Made by a program: the position numbers and the translations under genes | Notes under the pieces: generated by a model | Database searches by the model: none | Seen by the model: the letters and a program-made list of their open reading frames with translations, nothing else | What the model was told of the DNA's origin: nothing | In this document: positions 1 through 12,321 of the stretch, piece after piece | How the letters are laid out: each line of letters opens with the position of its first letter | How positions within the stretch are numbered: the stretch's first letter is position 1 | Source of the DNA: Octopus bimaculoides | Taxonomy: Eukaryota | Direction: 5' to 3' | DNA: 64,000 nt | Assembly (NCBI RefSeq): GCF_001194135.2 | Contig: NC_068992.1 | Location: 10,231,079-10,295,078 of the forward strand

Positions 1-59
<59 letters not shown>

Positions 60-75
60 TTGCTGCTGCTGCTGT

Positions 76-139
<64 letters not shown>
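1..139. repeat. (TAC)n trinucleotide microsatellite
   Basis: Direct TAC/TGC repeats. Confidence 0.95.
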
Positions 140-141
<2 letters not shown>

Positions 142-265
142 CCAATAAATCCAATAGAAACTTTTACTGATCTTTCTCCATTGCACATTCTGATTGATGT
201 TCGTACCATTTTCTCCCTAATTGAAATTCTCTTTCCCGTAATAACTTCCAGTGTAGTGAAGCAGT

Positions 266-460
266 GAGCTGGCACAGTTGTTAACCTTCACTCCACGGAC
301 AAAATGGTTAGCGGCATTTCGTCCGTCTTTACGTTTTGGATTAAAATTCCGTCAAGGTCAACTTTGCCTTCCATCTCCTCGAAGTCGATGAAACAAGTAC
401 CAGAAAAACACTGGGGCCGACGCGACGCAATCGACTTGCGCTCTCCTTCGAAATTTCAGT
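266..460 (+). mobile_element. SINE-like repeat, family with GAGCTGGCAGAA head and GGTCGACTTTGCCTTTCATCC body (representative copy)
   Basis: Same sequence recurs at about 8280, 8467, 13490 (-), 18820 (-), 26890, 27380, 38998, 39620 (-), 41640, 42010 and 53780. Confidence 0.75.
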
Positions 461-1046
461 AGAAAGAATTATAGTGAGTGGGTGTATAGTCCTTGGAAGC
501 CTGTAACTTTAATGTACTCTTCCATTGTATGTGACAGGGTTAGTCAATTCAGTCTGCTAAACTTCTTTCATTAAGTTTGTGTCCACCCAAATCTATGGCT
601 GAAGACACATTTCAAGGGATCTTCGGTGGGATCAAATCCAGAACTTCATAATTGCGAAGCAGACTTCATAACTATTGGATCAAGACAAAACATTGGCAAT
701 GCGTACGCACGTTCACTCATGCACACACACATACACACACGCACATACACACACATTATTTGAAGGAGTAATCAACGACCGTATTTTATGATGTACGCAC
801 CCAAAGAAAGACTCGAAAATGTAGAAAAAAACTTATCCGAGGAAAATAGAAATGATAATTACGAAGAACTCCAATAAGAAAATAAGTTAAACGTCACCAA
901 ATAGAAGAGAATCAATTTTTGTTGAGGAAAATGAAGAGATTTTTTTCATGTTATTTCACATCAGGTGTTTGTGTGCATGCACAATCACGCACACATGCAT
1001 GCACTCATACACACATGCACACACACATACACACACACACACGCAT

Positions 1047-1090
<44 letters not shown>

Positions 1091-1229
1091 CGTGGTACAT
1101 ATATACATACACACGTGCACACACGTATTTGCGTACGTCTTCCCGTACTACACACGGTCTAATGCTTTGCAAATGTCAAGGAAAACAGTATTGTTTTCTC
1201 AAAGTCTCCCGAGGACCAGAGCCCTAAGG

Positions 1230-1670
1230 TACGTAGGATAGGTGACTGCCTCTTCCGTAGATCTGATTTCACAAAAGCTGAACTGATGCCTGTTAAAGGC
1301 TCAAGGTGTTGGGAAAGGTCGTTTAGACTTTGAGATTACATCATCTTTGAGGTATTAAAAGTGAATGAAATAAAAAGAATATGCGGCAGGAATCAGTGGG
1401 TTGGATTATTCGTTTTAAGTAATGAGACATACTGTAGGATGTTGACAATGACAAAGATATATTTATTTATGTAAAGAGAGAAAGATTGAAGAATTTGGTG
1501 AGTATATGGGCAAAGTCTGAGGAGCATTGTCGGAGAATAATGGAACTAACATGATCAGGGTCGATAACTTTGCTGTTCTAAAACAACCGGGGATGCTTTC
1601 ACTATTGGCATGTAAGTATACATGCAGGAGAGACAAATGGAGTGGGAATGGATAATTTTAGAGAAGGATT
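1230..1670 (-). mobile_element. Decayed CR1/Jockey-type LINE reverse transcriptase fragment
   Basis: Minus-strand KVIDPDHVSSIILRQCSSDFAHILTKFFNLSL, followed after frameshifts by HQFSFCEIRSTEEAVTY, resembles the K..GPD.I..IILKQC...L..LFNLSL ... HQFGFR..RST region of CR1/Jockey RTs. Contains stops and frameshifts. Confidence 0.6.
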
Positions 1671-1741
1671 ACTGAGTGTGTACAACATAGAATTCACTGC
1701 AAAAATGAACAACAAATGTAGAGCTTTATTTGTGGAAATAC

Positions 1742-2838
1742 TATCTTATTTTCCGGTGTATAAGCCCCTAATTTTTACCTGGGAAATTTAGTGTGCGGCT
1801 TGTAGAAAGGTGTGCATAATGTGTGTATTTTTTTATAAGTTTCAGGAGGAAAATAATTTGTGTATGGAGATCGAATGATTCCACTGATTATTTCAGAGGA
1901 AAGGTCGGTCGGTGAACAATGTGAAAGACTACTGCTACAGAACATTGGTACTCGGGAAGAAACGAAGCATATTTGTTTTGTTTTACCTTTCTGTTTTGAT
2001 AATGTCATTTTTAATCTAATAAAGATTTTAATATTGACGAAATGTGTTTGTCGTTGATTATGGATAATAGAAAATCATAATAATAATAATACATCTCATA
2101 GTTGTAAAAAAAGGACCAAAGAATTATAAAGTAATCACAATGTTCTTTGAAAGCACAAGAAACATAGTTTATTCACATTTATTCGTTGTCTGAATCGCTG
2201 CTGCAACCCTCAAAATCTTCATCTTCTGTGTGTAAGTGGAACAGTTCTGCCAGCTCTGGTGTATGGCGGGAGTCTGGCACACCGTTGTTCTGGCTCTCAG
2301 TGACAACTGCTTTCTTCGCATGAACCGGAGACACAGGATGGCCCACCTTGGAAGTCGGTCAGCCCAAGGTCTTTGACTAAGGATACTGCTTTCAGTCTTA
2401 TCTGTACTGTGCTTACACCTCGGCGTGAAGCTCTCTATTTAAGTACCCAACTCTCAACCTGGTCTTCTAGGACTGACCATCTAGCGTTCTTGCCACGATT
2501 TGCTCTTTTGGTCTTTTTAGTCAGTTGTAGTGAATCTTTTGTTTGCGCCATGAACGGATTATGGATTCATTTATGCTGTACTGTCTTGCTGTGACTCTGT
2601 TACTATTTTCTTTCGCGTAGTTGATACATTCTAACTTGAAGGCAGCTGTGTAACACTTTCTTGAAGGCATTTTGAAACTACATACACGTCAACAACAAAA
2701 AAGCTAGCTGCAGACCCGTAGCTCAATAGGTCCTTTAAACACCGGTGCGCTTTATGCGTGAATAAAACCAAAATTTCCCCTCAGATTAGGCCCTGCGGTT
2801 TAAATACCGATGCGTTTTTTAGACCGGAAAATACGGTA
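1742..2838 (-). mobile_element. Internally deleted pogo/Tigger-family DNA transposon with imperfect TIRs
   Basis: TIRs TATCTTATTTTCCGGTGTATAAG (1742-1764) and the reverse complement of 2816-2838 (TACCGTATTTTCCGGTCTAAAAA). Pseudo-CDS 2670 to 2179: MPSRKCYTAAFKLECINYAKENSNRVTARQYSINESIIRSWRKQK..ANRGKNARWSVLEDQVESWVLK*RASRRGVSTVQIRLKA..DFQGGPS..RFMRRKQLSLRARTT (HTH plus CENP-B HTH), joined to an acidic tail EDEDFEGCSSDSDNE*. Confidence 0.85.
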
Positions 2839-2859
2839 CTTATAAAGGCGTCATAGTTG

Positions 2860-3250
2860 AAAAACGAAAGAACAGAGGAGTTTTCAAAGTTTGTTGATTG
2901 CTTTTCGGTGAGAGACCAAACGGATCGGAACTACAGTTTGAGAAGTGGAGTAGCTGGTAGATTGTGAGATAGACAGAGACAAACTTTGCTGCTCAGATGA
3001 AGTCCTTGCTGCAGTAGCGGAGTTGGGACAAAAACCAGTGGATGGTTTTTCTCCAATCGTTGTAAACTGTGATCTTTACCTGAACAGCTAAGATGGGTTG
3101 GAAATGTGGGCTTTGGCTCTGTACGGTATATGGAAAGACATGTTTAAAAGAAAGCTTTTCAGTCGGTCGCTGATGTTTCTGATGAGTGGGAGGGCTAGTA
3201 ATGTTAGGGATAATTCGAACTAAACTGATGAAGCTCTGATCAGTCAAGCC
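2860..3250 (+). mobile_element. Possible decayed Tx1/L1-like ORF2 fragment (start of RT region)
   Basis: SDEVLAAVAELGQKPVDGFSPIVVNCDLYLNS*DGLEMWALALYGIWK is weakly like the EV..A...KSPGLDG...ELY region of Tx1-type RTs. Confidence 0.3.
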
Positions 3251-3367
3251 GTTCAGCAGATCAATTCTGATCGTTCTATAATCACGTTTACAATTAATTG
3301 TACGTTTGCTGGTTCTGGACACACAAAAGCCATCACTTTATACATGCGTACGTACGTACGTACGTAC

Positions 3368-3414
<47 letters not shown>

Positions 3415-3602
3415 ATAGGTGCCTACCCGGTGCACCTATTTACAGTTAGGTAGATAGGGCCATTTGATCAATACCTTCTCCGTAATCACCCTACACATAT
3501 GTGTGTTAATCTCTCTTTTTTTCTGTATGCGTGTGTGTATACATGCATGCATGTGTGTATGCAAGCATATATATATGTATATGTGTGAGTATGTATGCAT
3601 GC

Positions 3603-3653
<51 letters not shown>

Positions 3654-3975
3654 TATATATACACATACACACACACACATACGCACTCTCTCTCTCTCTC
3701 TCTCTCTCCCGCACACACACACACACACAGAGTGCGGAGAGTACCATTAGTAGAACATTATATTTGATAAGGAATACATGAAGTGTGTGTGGAGGGAGGG
3801 GTACATCCCTTTATTCTAGTCACCGCGTGATTCCTTTGCACCTCTTTCTTTCTTCCCTTCTCTCGCTCTATCTAGCTATCTTCTCTTTCTCGCATGGCAG
3901 AATTCAATCGGTCTCACAAGAAAGTAAATGTGCTGAGATTTGAAACGCCAACATTTCGATTATTCTCAGAAAAAC

Positions 3976-4061
3976 TACGTGATTGGTCCGCGTGATCTAT
4001 TGCAGGTGTACACTAATTTTTTACGTAATTGCTACGTCACAGGTACGTCATTGATACGTCA
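3976..4061. promoter_or_regulatory. Cluster of bZIP (CRE/PAR-type) motifs plus a CCAAT box
   Basis: TACGTAA at 4022 and TACGTCA at 4033, 4044 and 4055; TACGTGA at 3976; ATTGG (reverse CCAAT) at 3982. Confidence 0.4.
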
Positions 4062-4503
4062 CTGCCACTTCAGACTTTCTGTCACAAACATTAGCTGCAA
4101 GAATTTCACTGCATTGCGCAGTAGAGGTACTTCCCACAACTGCAAAGTCACTCTGTGCTACTTAACATATGGTTGGGGTAATATTTCAGAATTTTAGACA
4201 AACAGTCGAGATAACAGATTATAATAGTCATAGAATATTATAATATATATTTTCTATTCAGTTGTTATTGAAATTTGGAATGATACTGTTGAAAGAATGC
4301 AGAAAATGAATGAAGTGAGGCAGAAAGAGATAATACAGACAAACCTCTGTACGATAAAATAAAATTAGAGAGAAATATAAAGCTTTAAGTCGTTCACCGC
4401 TGAAAAATGCATTTAATGTTGTTGTTTATTTATTTTCTATTCATTTAACAAATCCACATTTTCCCCTAATGTAATCATTTTTTCCATCCTCCGCACGCTG
4501 CGA

Positions 4504-4552
<49 letters not shown>

Positions 4553-4869
4553 NNNNNNNNNNNNNNNNNNNNNNNNNNNNNNNNNNNNNNNNNNNNNNNN
4601 NNNNNNNNNNNNNNNNNNNNNNNNNNNNNNNNNNNNNNNNNNNNNNNNNNNNNNNNNNNNNNNNNNNNNNNNNNNNNNNNNNNNNNNNNNNNNNNNNNNN
4701 NNNNNNNNNNNNNNNNNNNNNNNNNNNNNNNNNNNNNNNNNNNNNNNNNNNNNNNNNNNNNNNNNNNNNNNNGGGGGGGGGGGAGAAATACAGACACACA
4801 AATACATACATACATACATACATATATATATATATAAATATAGATATATATGTATGTATATTTATATAT

Positions 4870-5032
4870 ACGACGAGCTTCTTTCAGTTTCCATCTACCA
4901 AATCTACTCGCAAGGCTTTGGTCATCCCGAGAGTATAGTAGAAGTCAGTTGTCCAAAGTGCCATGCAGTGGGACTGAACCCGGAACCATGTGGTTGGGAA
5001 GCAAGCTTCTTACCACACAGTTACTCCTGCGC
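4870..5032 (-). mobile_element. tRNA-headed SINE (GGAGTGGCTGTGTGG head family), 5' part
   Basis: Reverse complement has A-box-like ...TGTGTGG, B-box GGTTCAGTCCC, then the CTTTGGACAACTGACTTCTACTATA body shared by many copies. Confidence 0.85.
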
Positions 5033-5057
5033 CTATATACATACATACATACATACA

Positions 5058-5090
<33 letters not shown>

Positions 5091-5124
5091 GTATACATAC
5101 ATATATACATACATACATATATGT

Positions 5125-5163
<39 letters not shown>

Positions 5164-5583
5164 AACATACACACAAGCATACATGCATACACACGCCTAT
5201 ATATATCATAGACATTCATAGATACATACATACATACAAGTACACACGCGCACACTCATATACATGCATATATCATTTAGTTAGATCGAACATCATGAAT
5301 TAGCGAGGGTCGGCATCATTTAATTCACAAAGATAGAGGAGGTTAGATTGTATATACTTTACTGACTATATACCGATTTTCAATTTGAATATCAACAGAT
5401 TATTGACTGGAAAAATAACAAAACAATTAACTAATTAATTAATTAATTATTTAATTAGTAAACAAATTATATGTAGGCAGCTATTAGTTGTGTGTCTGTT
5501 CTGCGTCTCAGCTATCTAGTGGCAAAATAAGACAAAACAAAATCCGCGGCTAGGAAGAGTGTAAGATGTTCACATTTAGTTAT

Positions 5584-5900
5584 CCAGACTACAATTTTGG
5601 GATCTGCAAAGTTAATTTAGACATGGCAAATAATCAAGGACCCGATTAGTGGAAGTTGAACATGTCATTCTCGGTATTAGAAACCTGAGAAATTGTATTA
5701 GCGAACTAATAATGCGGGAATTGAAGGGGACAGCCAACAACAATCGATAATGGGTCTCCTTAAAGAGAAGGATTAGAGTAGATACGATATGTTTTGACAA
5801 GAGTCTGGCGATAGGAAAGACTAAATTTGGAAGAGCTAGTAAGTAGTTTGGAAGAGACTGTTAGGGGGAAAAAGGCAACGTCCGATGTGCTAGTGTTGAT
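5584..5900 (+). mobile_element. Decayed Tx1/L1-like LINE ORF2 fragment (endonuclease-RT linker)
   Basis: PDYNFGICKVNLDMANNQGPD*WKLNMSF and, after a frameshift, R*WVSLKRRIR match the GPGYWKLN and WW..LK..IR motifs of Tx1/L1 ORF2. Confidence 0.6.
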
Positions 5901-6159
5901 AATGAAGTTCGACTAAACAATGGATATGTAATAAGTTTGTTGAGAGGTTTATGCGAACCCACTTGGAATGTATATCTACGTGTCCAAAATCAAATACGTG
6001 GATATGGCCCAAGTTTCACAGTGCACAGGAACCAATCCTAGAGAAATGCAGGAGGAGGTAAGTCCGTAGTCATCCCACAATTCCCGGAACCGCCGGGTGT
6101 CGCAAGACTCAGACCCACACAGAGTCACAAAACATCGTCGGGTAAAATGGTTTTAAGCT

Positions 6160-6405
6160 AAGAATGATGATGATGATGATGACGACGACGACGATGACGA
6201 CAATGATGAAGAAGAAGAGAAGGATGAGGAAGTAGAAAAGGTGGAAAGGAAGAGAAAGATGAAGAGGAAGAGAAGGAAGAAGAGGAAGGAGCAAGAGGAG
6301 CTGGAGGAAGAGGAAGAGGAGCTGGAGGAAGAGGAAGAGGAGNNNNNNNNNNAGAGGAGCTGGAGGAAGAGGAAGAGGAGCTGGAGGAAGAGGAAGAGGA
6401 GCAAG
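6160..6405. repeat. GAT/GAC/GAA/GAG low-complexity tract with 21-bp unit GAGCTGGAGGAAGAGGAAGAG
   Basis: The same unit is repeated on both sides of a 10-N gap. Confidence 0.9.
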
Positions 6406-9400
6406 AGTACTAGTTTGATAACGATGTTGACTATCTGTTGGAAAGAACAGTCAAGGGTGATATCGATCATCGTCTCTTGACAATGACCAGCATTATCATC
6501 AGTTTAGCGTGGGGGAGATTGGGACTGGAGGAGAAGAAAACATTGTGAGTATTAGAGCCATAAAACCCATCAACTCAAGTTGATCGACATTTACCTCAGA
6601 GCCACCTTCATTGATTTCAGAGACCAAGACCTAGAACAATGCAGGCTCTTGATAAGTTCACTTGCACCAATTGTTGAATTTGAGAAGATAAAGCTCATCT
6701 GGAAAGAAATCCTGGATGTGGTCAAGAAAGCAGTGATGCATTTTTTTATAGTATCCGAAAACTTCAATCAACAGGTTTTATCGAAGTTATCCCCCTTGCC
6801 TATTGATGTTTGATCTTAAAACACCCCCAGAGAAAGCTTTTGTCTAGAAAATGCTCGGATAATTTCGATTGATTGAAGTTTCATAATTCTTATTCCATTA
6901 AAATTTGAGATGGTCACTGTCGGGGCACCTTTATCACAGAGGCCGTCTTAGCCCGTGGATAAATCAAAGCCTTTTATATGTATATTTTTTACAGCAAACT
7001 TCAACATATATAGATTAGAATTGGTTTCCCCAGACTTGTGAGCCTCCCTAACTCCGGGTAACTATTCAGTCTGTCTTAAGCCGACAGAGTTTTATTGTAG
7101 GCTTCCCCAACATAGCTTAACCTTGGAGATAAACGCAACAACAACGCCTGAACTGTTTAACTTCTCATTCGCCCTCCCTTCTTCCTTTACGAAAAACATT
7201 CACCATGTATAGCTAGGAAAGAAAGGAATCCTAACGACAATAACATATTTAGAGAGTAGGTTCGTGACAGTATTATTATAAGCGTATATCAATGTTGGTT
7301 AAGAGATGACCAATTTCTGTTCGCTGTAAAAATCACGCCATTTGGATGATTGCCATTATTCAATAACAACGACAAAAATATATTGACCCTCGGTCAATGA
7401 AATTTACCTCAATAATTTCCAAAATAAGTAGTGATTTAATAGAAATCTCGATATCTCGATCTTCTTGATAGTATTATGGACTTCTATCCGGATTTATTGC
7501 AAGACTATACATACATATACATATACATACATATATATACATATAAATGTATGTATATACATATAAATGAATTTATGTATATATGTATGCATTTATGTAT
7601 ACATATAAATATATACATGTATATATATGTATGCGTGTAATTATACATATGTGTATATATATGTGTGTGTGTATACATACATACATACATACATCCATAC
7701 ATACTTACATACATATATACATTCATACATACACGTCTTACAAATCTAGGAAACAATAAAGCATGCATAAATATATACCTATCTGGATTTATTATATACG
7801 CACACAAATAAATAAAAGAAACAAGAAAATGCATAAAAAAATATATTTATATCTAAGAATTTTTCTCCTTTCTGCACTGAATAATTCTCATCCGAACAAC
7901 ATGTAATAAGCTGTTACTAAACTTCATTAGTGCAAAACAGTTTAGCTCTCTCTAGTAAACAATGTCCGCAGGTCACCGTTTGATCTCCTAGAAATAGTAA
8001 CAAAATCTTCCTCAAATCACGTCTTACTGTTCAGAAAACGAAAAGGAAGCATTAGATAATATCGCCTGAGCTTCCCATTGACAAGACACGATTGAAGAAA
8101 GCCCTTGAGCGTTGACTCTTTTCGATAAGAGCCTGAACTGGGGCAAAACAGAAACATTAAGAGAAGTATATAAAGAGATTAATGCTTTAATGCTGATGGA
8201 GCAAGGATCTAAGGGTCCTGGCAAGTAGAGACCGTGAAGTAGTTTAAAGTTCTGGCTACTTACCTCCTCCCCCTAGCAGCATTCCATACATCTTTACGTT
8301 TTGAGTTCAAATTCGCCGAAGTCCACTATGCTTTTCGTTCTTTCGGGGTCGATAAAATAAGTGCTAGTTGAATACTGAGGTCTATATAATCGACTGTTCC
8401 CTTTGTCCCGAAATTTCTGGTCACGTGGTAAGATTTGAAACTAATGTGTTACAGAAAAAAAAAAATGAGGCGGCGAGCGAACAGAATCGTCAGTACGTAA
8501 CCGGATAAAATGCTTAGCGGCATTTCGTCCGTCTTTATGTTCTGCGTTTAAATTCCGCCGAGGAAGATTTTGCTTATCGAAGTCGATTAATATAAATACC
8601 AGTTGGCTAGTTTCAAAATACCTGACACTGAGTCTACTTGACATTGAGGACGGTTAAGGAAGAAGTTAGGATCACAAACTGCACTAAAGCAGAAATACTA
8701 ATGTTGAACATAGGGTTTCAATTTCTAGCCTGTCATCGTAGACTGGACCGAATAATGAAAGACTATTTGGAAATGTGAACAATTAGGATCACTACTAACA
8801 TTTGTTTACTTATCATAATTCAATAAAACATTGAAATGTGACTCGTTTTACTGGGAATCTCAGCTGTCGACACTTAAAACATTAAACCCATAACGAGACA
8901 AAGAGAAAAGCTTAATGTGACAGCTCGACCAGCAAGAGAGATAGCAGCCAAATCTCTCTCAACTCACACCGATAAAGTCCTTAAAAAGGATCGAGACATA
9001 AAAAAGTGGGGTGGGGTGGGGTGGATAATCAAGACTGGAACATCTTTGTAGTGGGTTTGCTTCACCAGGGATGACCCAGGACCGAAAGAGCAACAGCAGC
9101 AACAAAACTATTAATTATAATATTGGTAACTTCCATCTCTAATGCAAATTACTCAGGGGCGCTATCTGTATGAAAATCAAAAGTTAAATAAGAACATATT
9201 AAGTGTAAAACATCAAAAATCAAATTAGAAATTTTAATGTGGCGAGGAAAAGACATTATTAGCTCAAAAACTGATATTAATTTAAATAATTTCTTCAAGT
9301 AGGGGAGACAGCAGTGGAACATATTCCAGCCTTATTTATATCTCCTCAGTAATGTTGAAGCTTCGCCATACTGACTGAAGTAATGATGAGAGAATCACAA

Positions 9401-9899
9401 AGCAGACGTACAATATCGTACATGAGTTCAAGTGCAAAACTAACATGCGGTAAAAAATATGAACCACTGAAGTTAATTACTCGTAGACGTCCCCTACAAG
9501 AAAATATAACCAAGTCAGTAATGACAAATTCGATGCATGCGCCTGTCGCCAGTGTTCTGCGGAGAAAAAGCATCAAATATAATATATGCAGACAAGAAAA
9601 ACAGCAGCGAGGAGGGCATCCTAAAAACGAATAAAAAAAATAATAAACATTTGTTATCAAGAAGAGGCTATCTGCATAAATTATCTGAAAAGCAGATGCA
9701 CTTTCTTGCCCAGGATCAGTACAAACAAGAATAAATTATCGGGGACGGTTTGTTAGTGGAATACAGCTAGTGCATTCAAGAACAAGTATTATGAATATCA
9801 AAGTATCATTAAATATAAAATGATATTCAGATATACAGAAAAATACGTCACGAATAAATGATTGATATCAACCATAAAGAAAAAAAAAATAATGAAATA

Positions 9900-10191
9900 A
9901 ACTGAATACGTTTTCTGCTCTTCGCTCAATCGCCCGAAATGATTGTAGTAATTTATAAGTAATTTCATATGCGTATCTTTATATTTTAGACAAGAAAATA
10001 ATTATTATATTCTCAAGACAGAAGATAATCAATCTGTTTGTGACGTCACATACAGATATACAGACACCCACCCACGCATAAACCTTTGTGAGGAGTGTAG
10101 TTATTAGAGTGATCTCCCTTGACCGACTACTACAAGTTTGTTTATATATTAAGGTTCGCAACATCGAAAGGAAAAAAAAAAAGACAAAAGC
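9900..10191. promoter_or_regulatory. Putative DPH5 proximal promoter / 5' UTR
   Basis: Directly upstream of the ATG with no acceptor site. Relatively CpG-rich. Contains a perfect 12-bp palindrome TGTGACGTCACA (10039-10050) with a CRE core TGACGTCA, and ACTACA(A) motifs at 9943 (-), 10096 (-) and 10129 (+). Confidence 0.55.
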
Positions 10192-10326
10192 ATGTTTTAT
10201 TTCATAGGGCTTGGGTTAGGTGATGCAAAGGATATTACAGTGAAAGGATTAGAAATTGTGAGAGCAGCAGATCGTGTCTATTTAGAGGCATATACATCGA
10301 TATTGACTGTTGGCAAAGATGAACTG
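10192..10326 (+). CDS. DPH5: DPH5 coding exon 1 (135 nt, ATG to phase-0 donor)
   Basis: ATG at 10192; [20 protein letters not shown]...GKDEL; donor GTATGG at 10327. Confidence 0.96.
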
Positions 10327-10400
10327 GTATGGAAACACGTGCTTTTTTTTTTTAAACAAATATATCTTAGCATCTTATATATATACATATATATATATAC

Positions 10401-10477
<77 letters not shown>

Positions 10478-11308
10478 TTCTAGCTCGATCTTTTTTATTC
10501 AAGCGTCACATACTTATTTCGCTGATTTCCGTTCTTTTCTCTCTCGATAGTCAATAACATCTGTTAACATATTTTTAAACAGATCGAAATCTAATTTTAT
10601 TATTATATCATCACATCGCTGCCACCTAACGATTTCTAACTTGAAGTAGGTAGTAGCAGATAAAAAAAAAAATTGTAGTATTTCATTTACTCATTCATTC
10701 TGTCAGTGATCTTAAAATCAAGCAGATTTGTAAATATTGTGTGATGCAATATCTTAAATAACGTCTCCGCTTTTTGTTAAAATAATATTATATGTCATCA
10801 AATATGACCATTCAAATGTTTATCTGAATCAGTGCATACCGGAATCAACAAATAACCGACTTGTTGACATTTGTCGCGTATAATGTCCTTGGCAAACGTA
10901 GAGCACCTGTTTACCTTTATAATTATTACGCAGTTTTAACAACTATATATTTTTTTCGTGTAATTTAACTAATACAATCATCAGAATTCGACAAGACTAG
11001 CAGTAATTTTGCTGGTAAGCATCAACCCATCAAATGCAACACAAAAACAGGTATTATGTTTCCTTCATGTGACGAGGTGTCATCTAACTAGCGCTTCTTC
11101 ATTCTATGTTGAAGGGCCTAGGCCCAACAACACAGCGTATTTCTTTACCCGGTACACGAATATATTTCGATACTGCCTTTACGCAACATTAGCATAAGTT
11201 ATGAATTTCCCAGTCGTGTTTCCCTTAATTTCGCTTCTGCACTTTAACAGAAAAACTCAAACATTGGTGTTGATGGTGTGCATGCATGCGTGCGTGCGTG
11301 TGTGTTTG

Positions 11309-11347
<39 letters not shown>

Positions 11348-12239
11348 ATATATATATATATACACATACATAAATACACTCATACATAACACACACACAC
11401 ACGCATATGCACACACATGATCACGCGCGCACACAAGCGTAACTAGATTAAAGGTAATAATATGGGGGAAGCCATAGACAAAAGTAAACTATTTCGTTTA
11501 AGAAGGAATGCTGTGCGACATTATCAAAACAATCGAAAAATATACAGAAGGTGTATTTTACTAGCATGATCCAATCAAAGATTGTGGGGGAGAAAAATGA
11601 AAAGATAAGTAAATGTTGTTTTAGCAGCGCCGGTCACACAGGCACATTCTCACATACACACACTCGTGCTTGTGTTCGTTTGGGTGTACACAGTCTATAT
11701 AGTCGAGTTTATTCATTCGTTCGCTTGCGATTTTCTCACTTTCATACATTCATTCAAGCGACGAAGAGATGCCTCGTCTAATCCAACGCATAAAAACGAT
11801 AAACTCGGAGTAGTAGTGAAAGAAATCATTTGATCTGAACAAATAAAAGATACAATTTTAAAAATTCCTCATCGATAATATAGAATATTGACTAAAATTT
11901 TAAATAATTAAATCCTCTCTCTCCCTTTCCAAAGACACATCTGTGTATGTGTGTGTGTGTATACACACATATATATGATATAAAATATATACATATTATA
12001 TTCAATATATATGTATATATATGTGTGTGTGTATATATATCTATATATACATATGTATATATATATANNNNNNNNNNNNNNNNNNNNNNNNNNNNNNNNN
12101 NNNNNNNNNNNNNNNNNNNNNNNNNNNNNNNNNNNNNNNNNNNNNNNNNNNNNNNNNNNNNNNNNNNNNNNNNNNNNNNNNNNNNNNNNNNGTATATATA
12201 TGATATATATATATATATATTATTCAATATATATCTGTA

Positions 12240-12280
<41 letters not shown>

Positions 12281-12286
12281 TTATCT

Positions 12287-12321
<35 letters not shown>

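Noticed and set aside
6241-6480. Glu/Arg/Lys-rich ORF
   Set aside because: Trinucleotide low-complexity tract, with the same unit duplicated across a 10-N gap; no splice or homology support.
6540-7200. Complex sequence with a 77-aa ORF (6580-6813)
   Set aside because: No recognisable motif in any frame and stop density looks random; possibly an old TE.
9383-9634. ORF containing GKKYEPLK, superficially like the missing DPH5 YEPPR exon
   Set aside because: It lies upstream of the start codon, has no PPR or downstream similarity, and has no suitable splice sites.
11705-11806. Possible hairpin (TTCGTTCGCTTG / CAAGCGACGAA)
   Set aside because: Only about 11 bp pair, around a large loop; not pre-miRNA-like.
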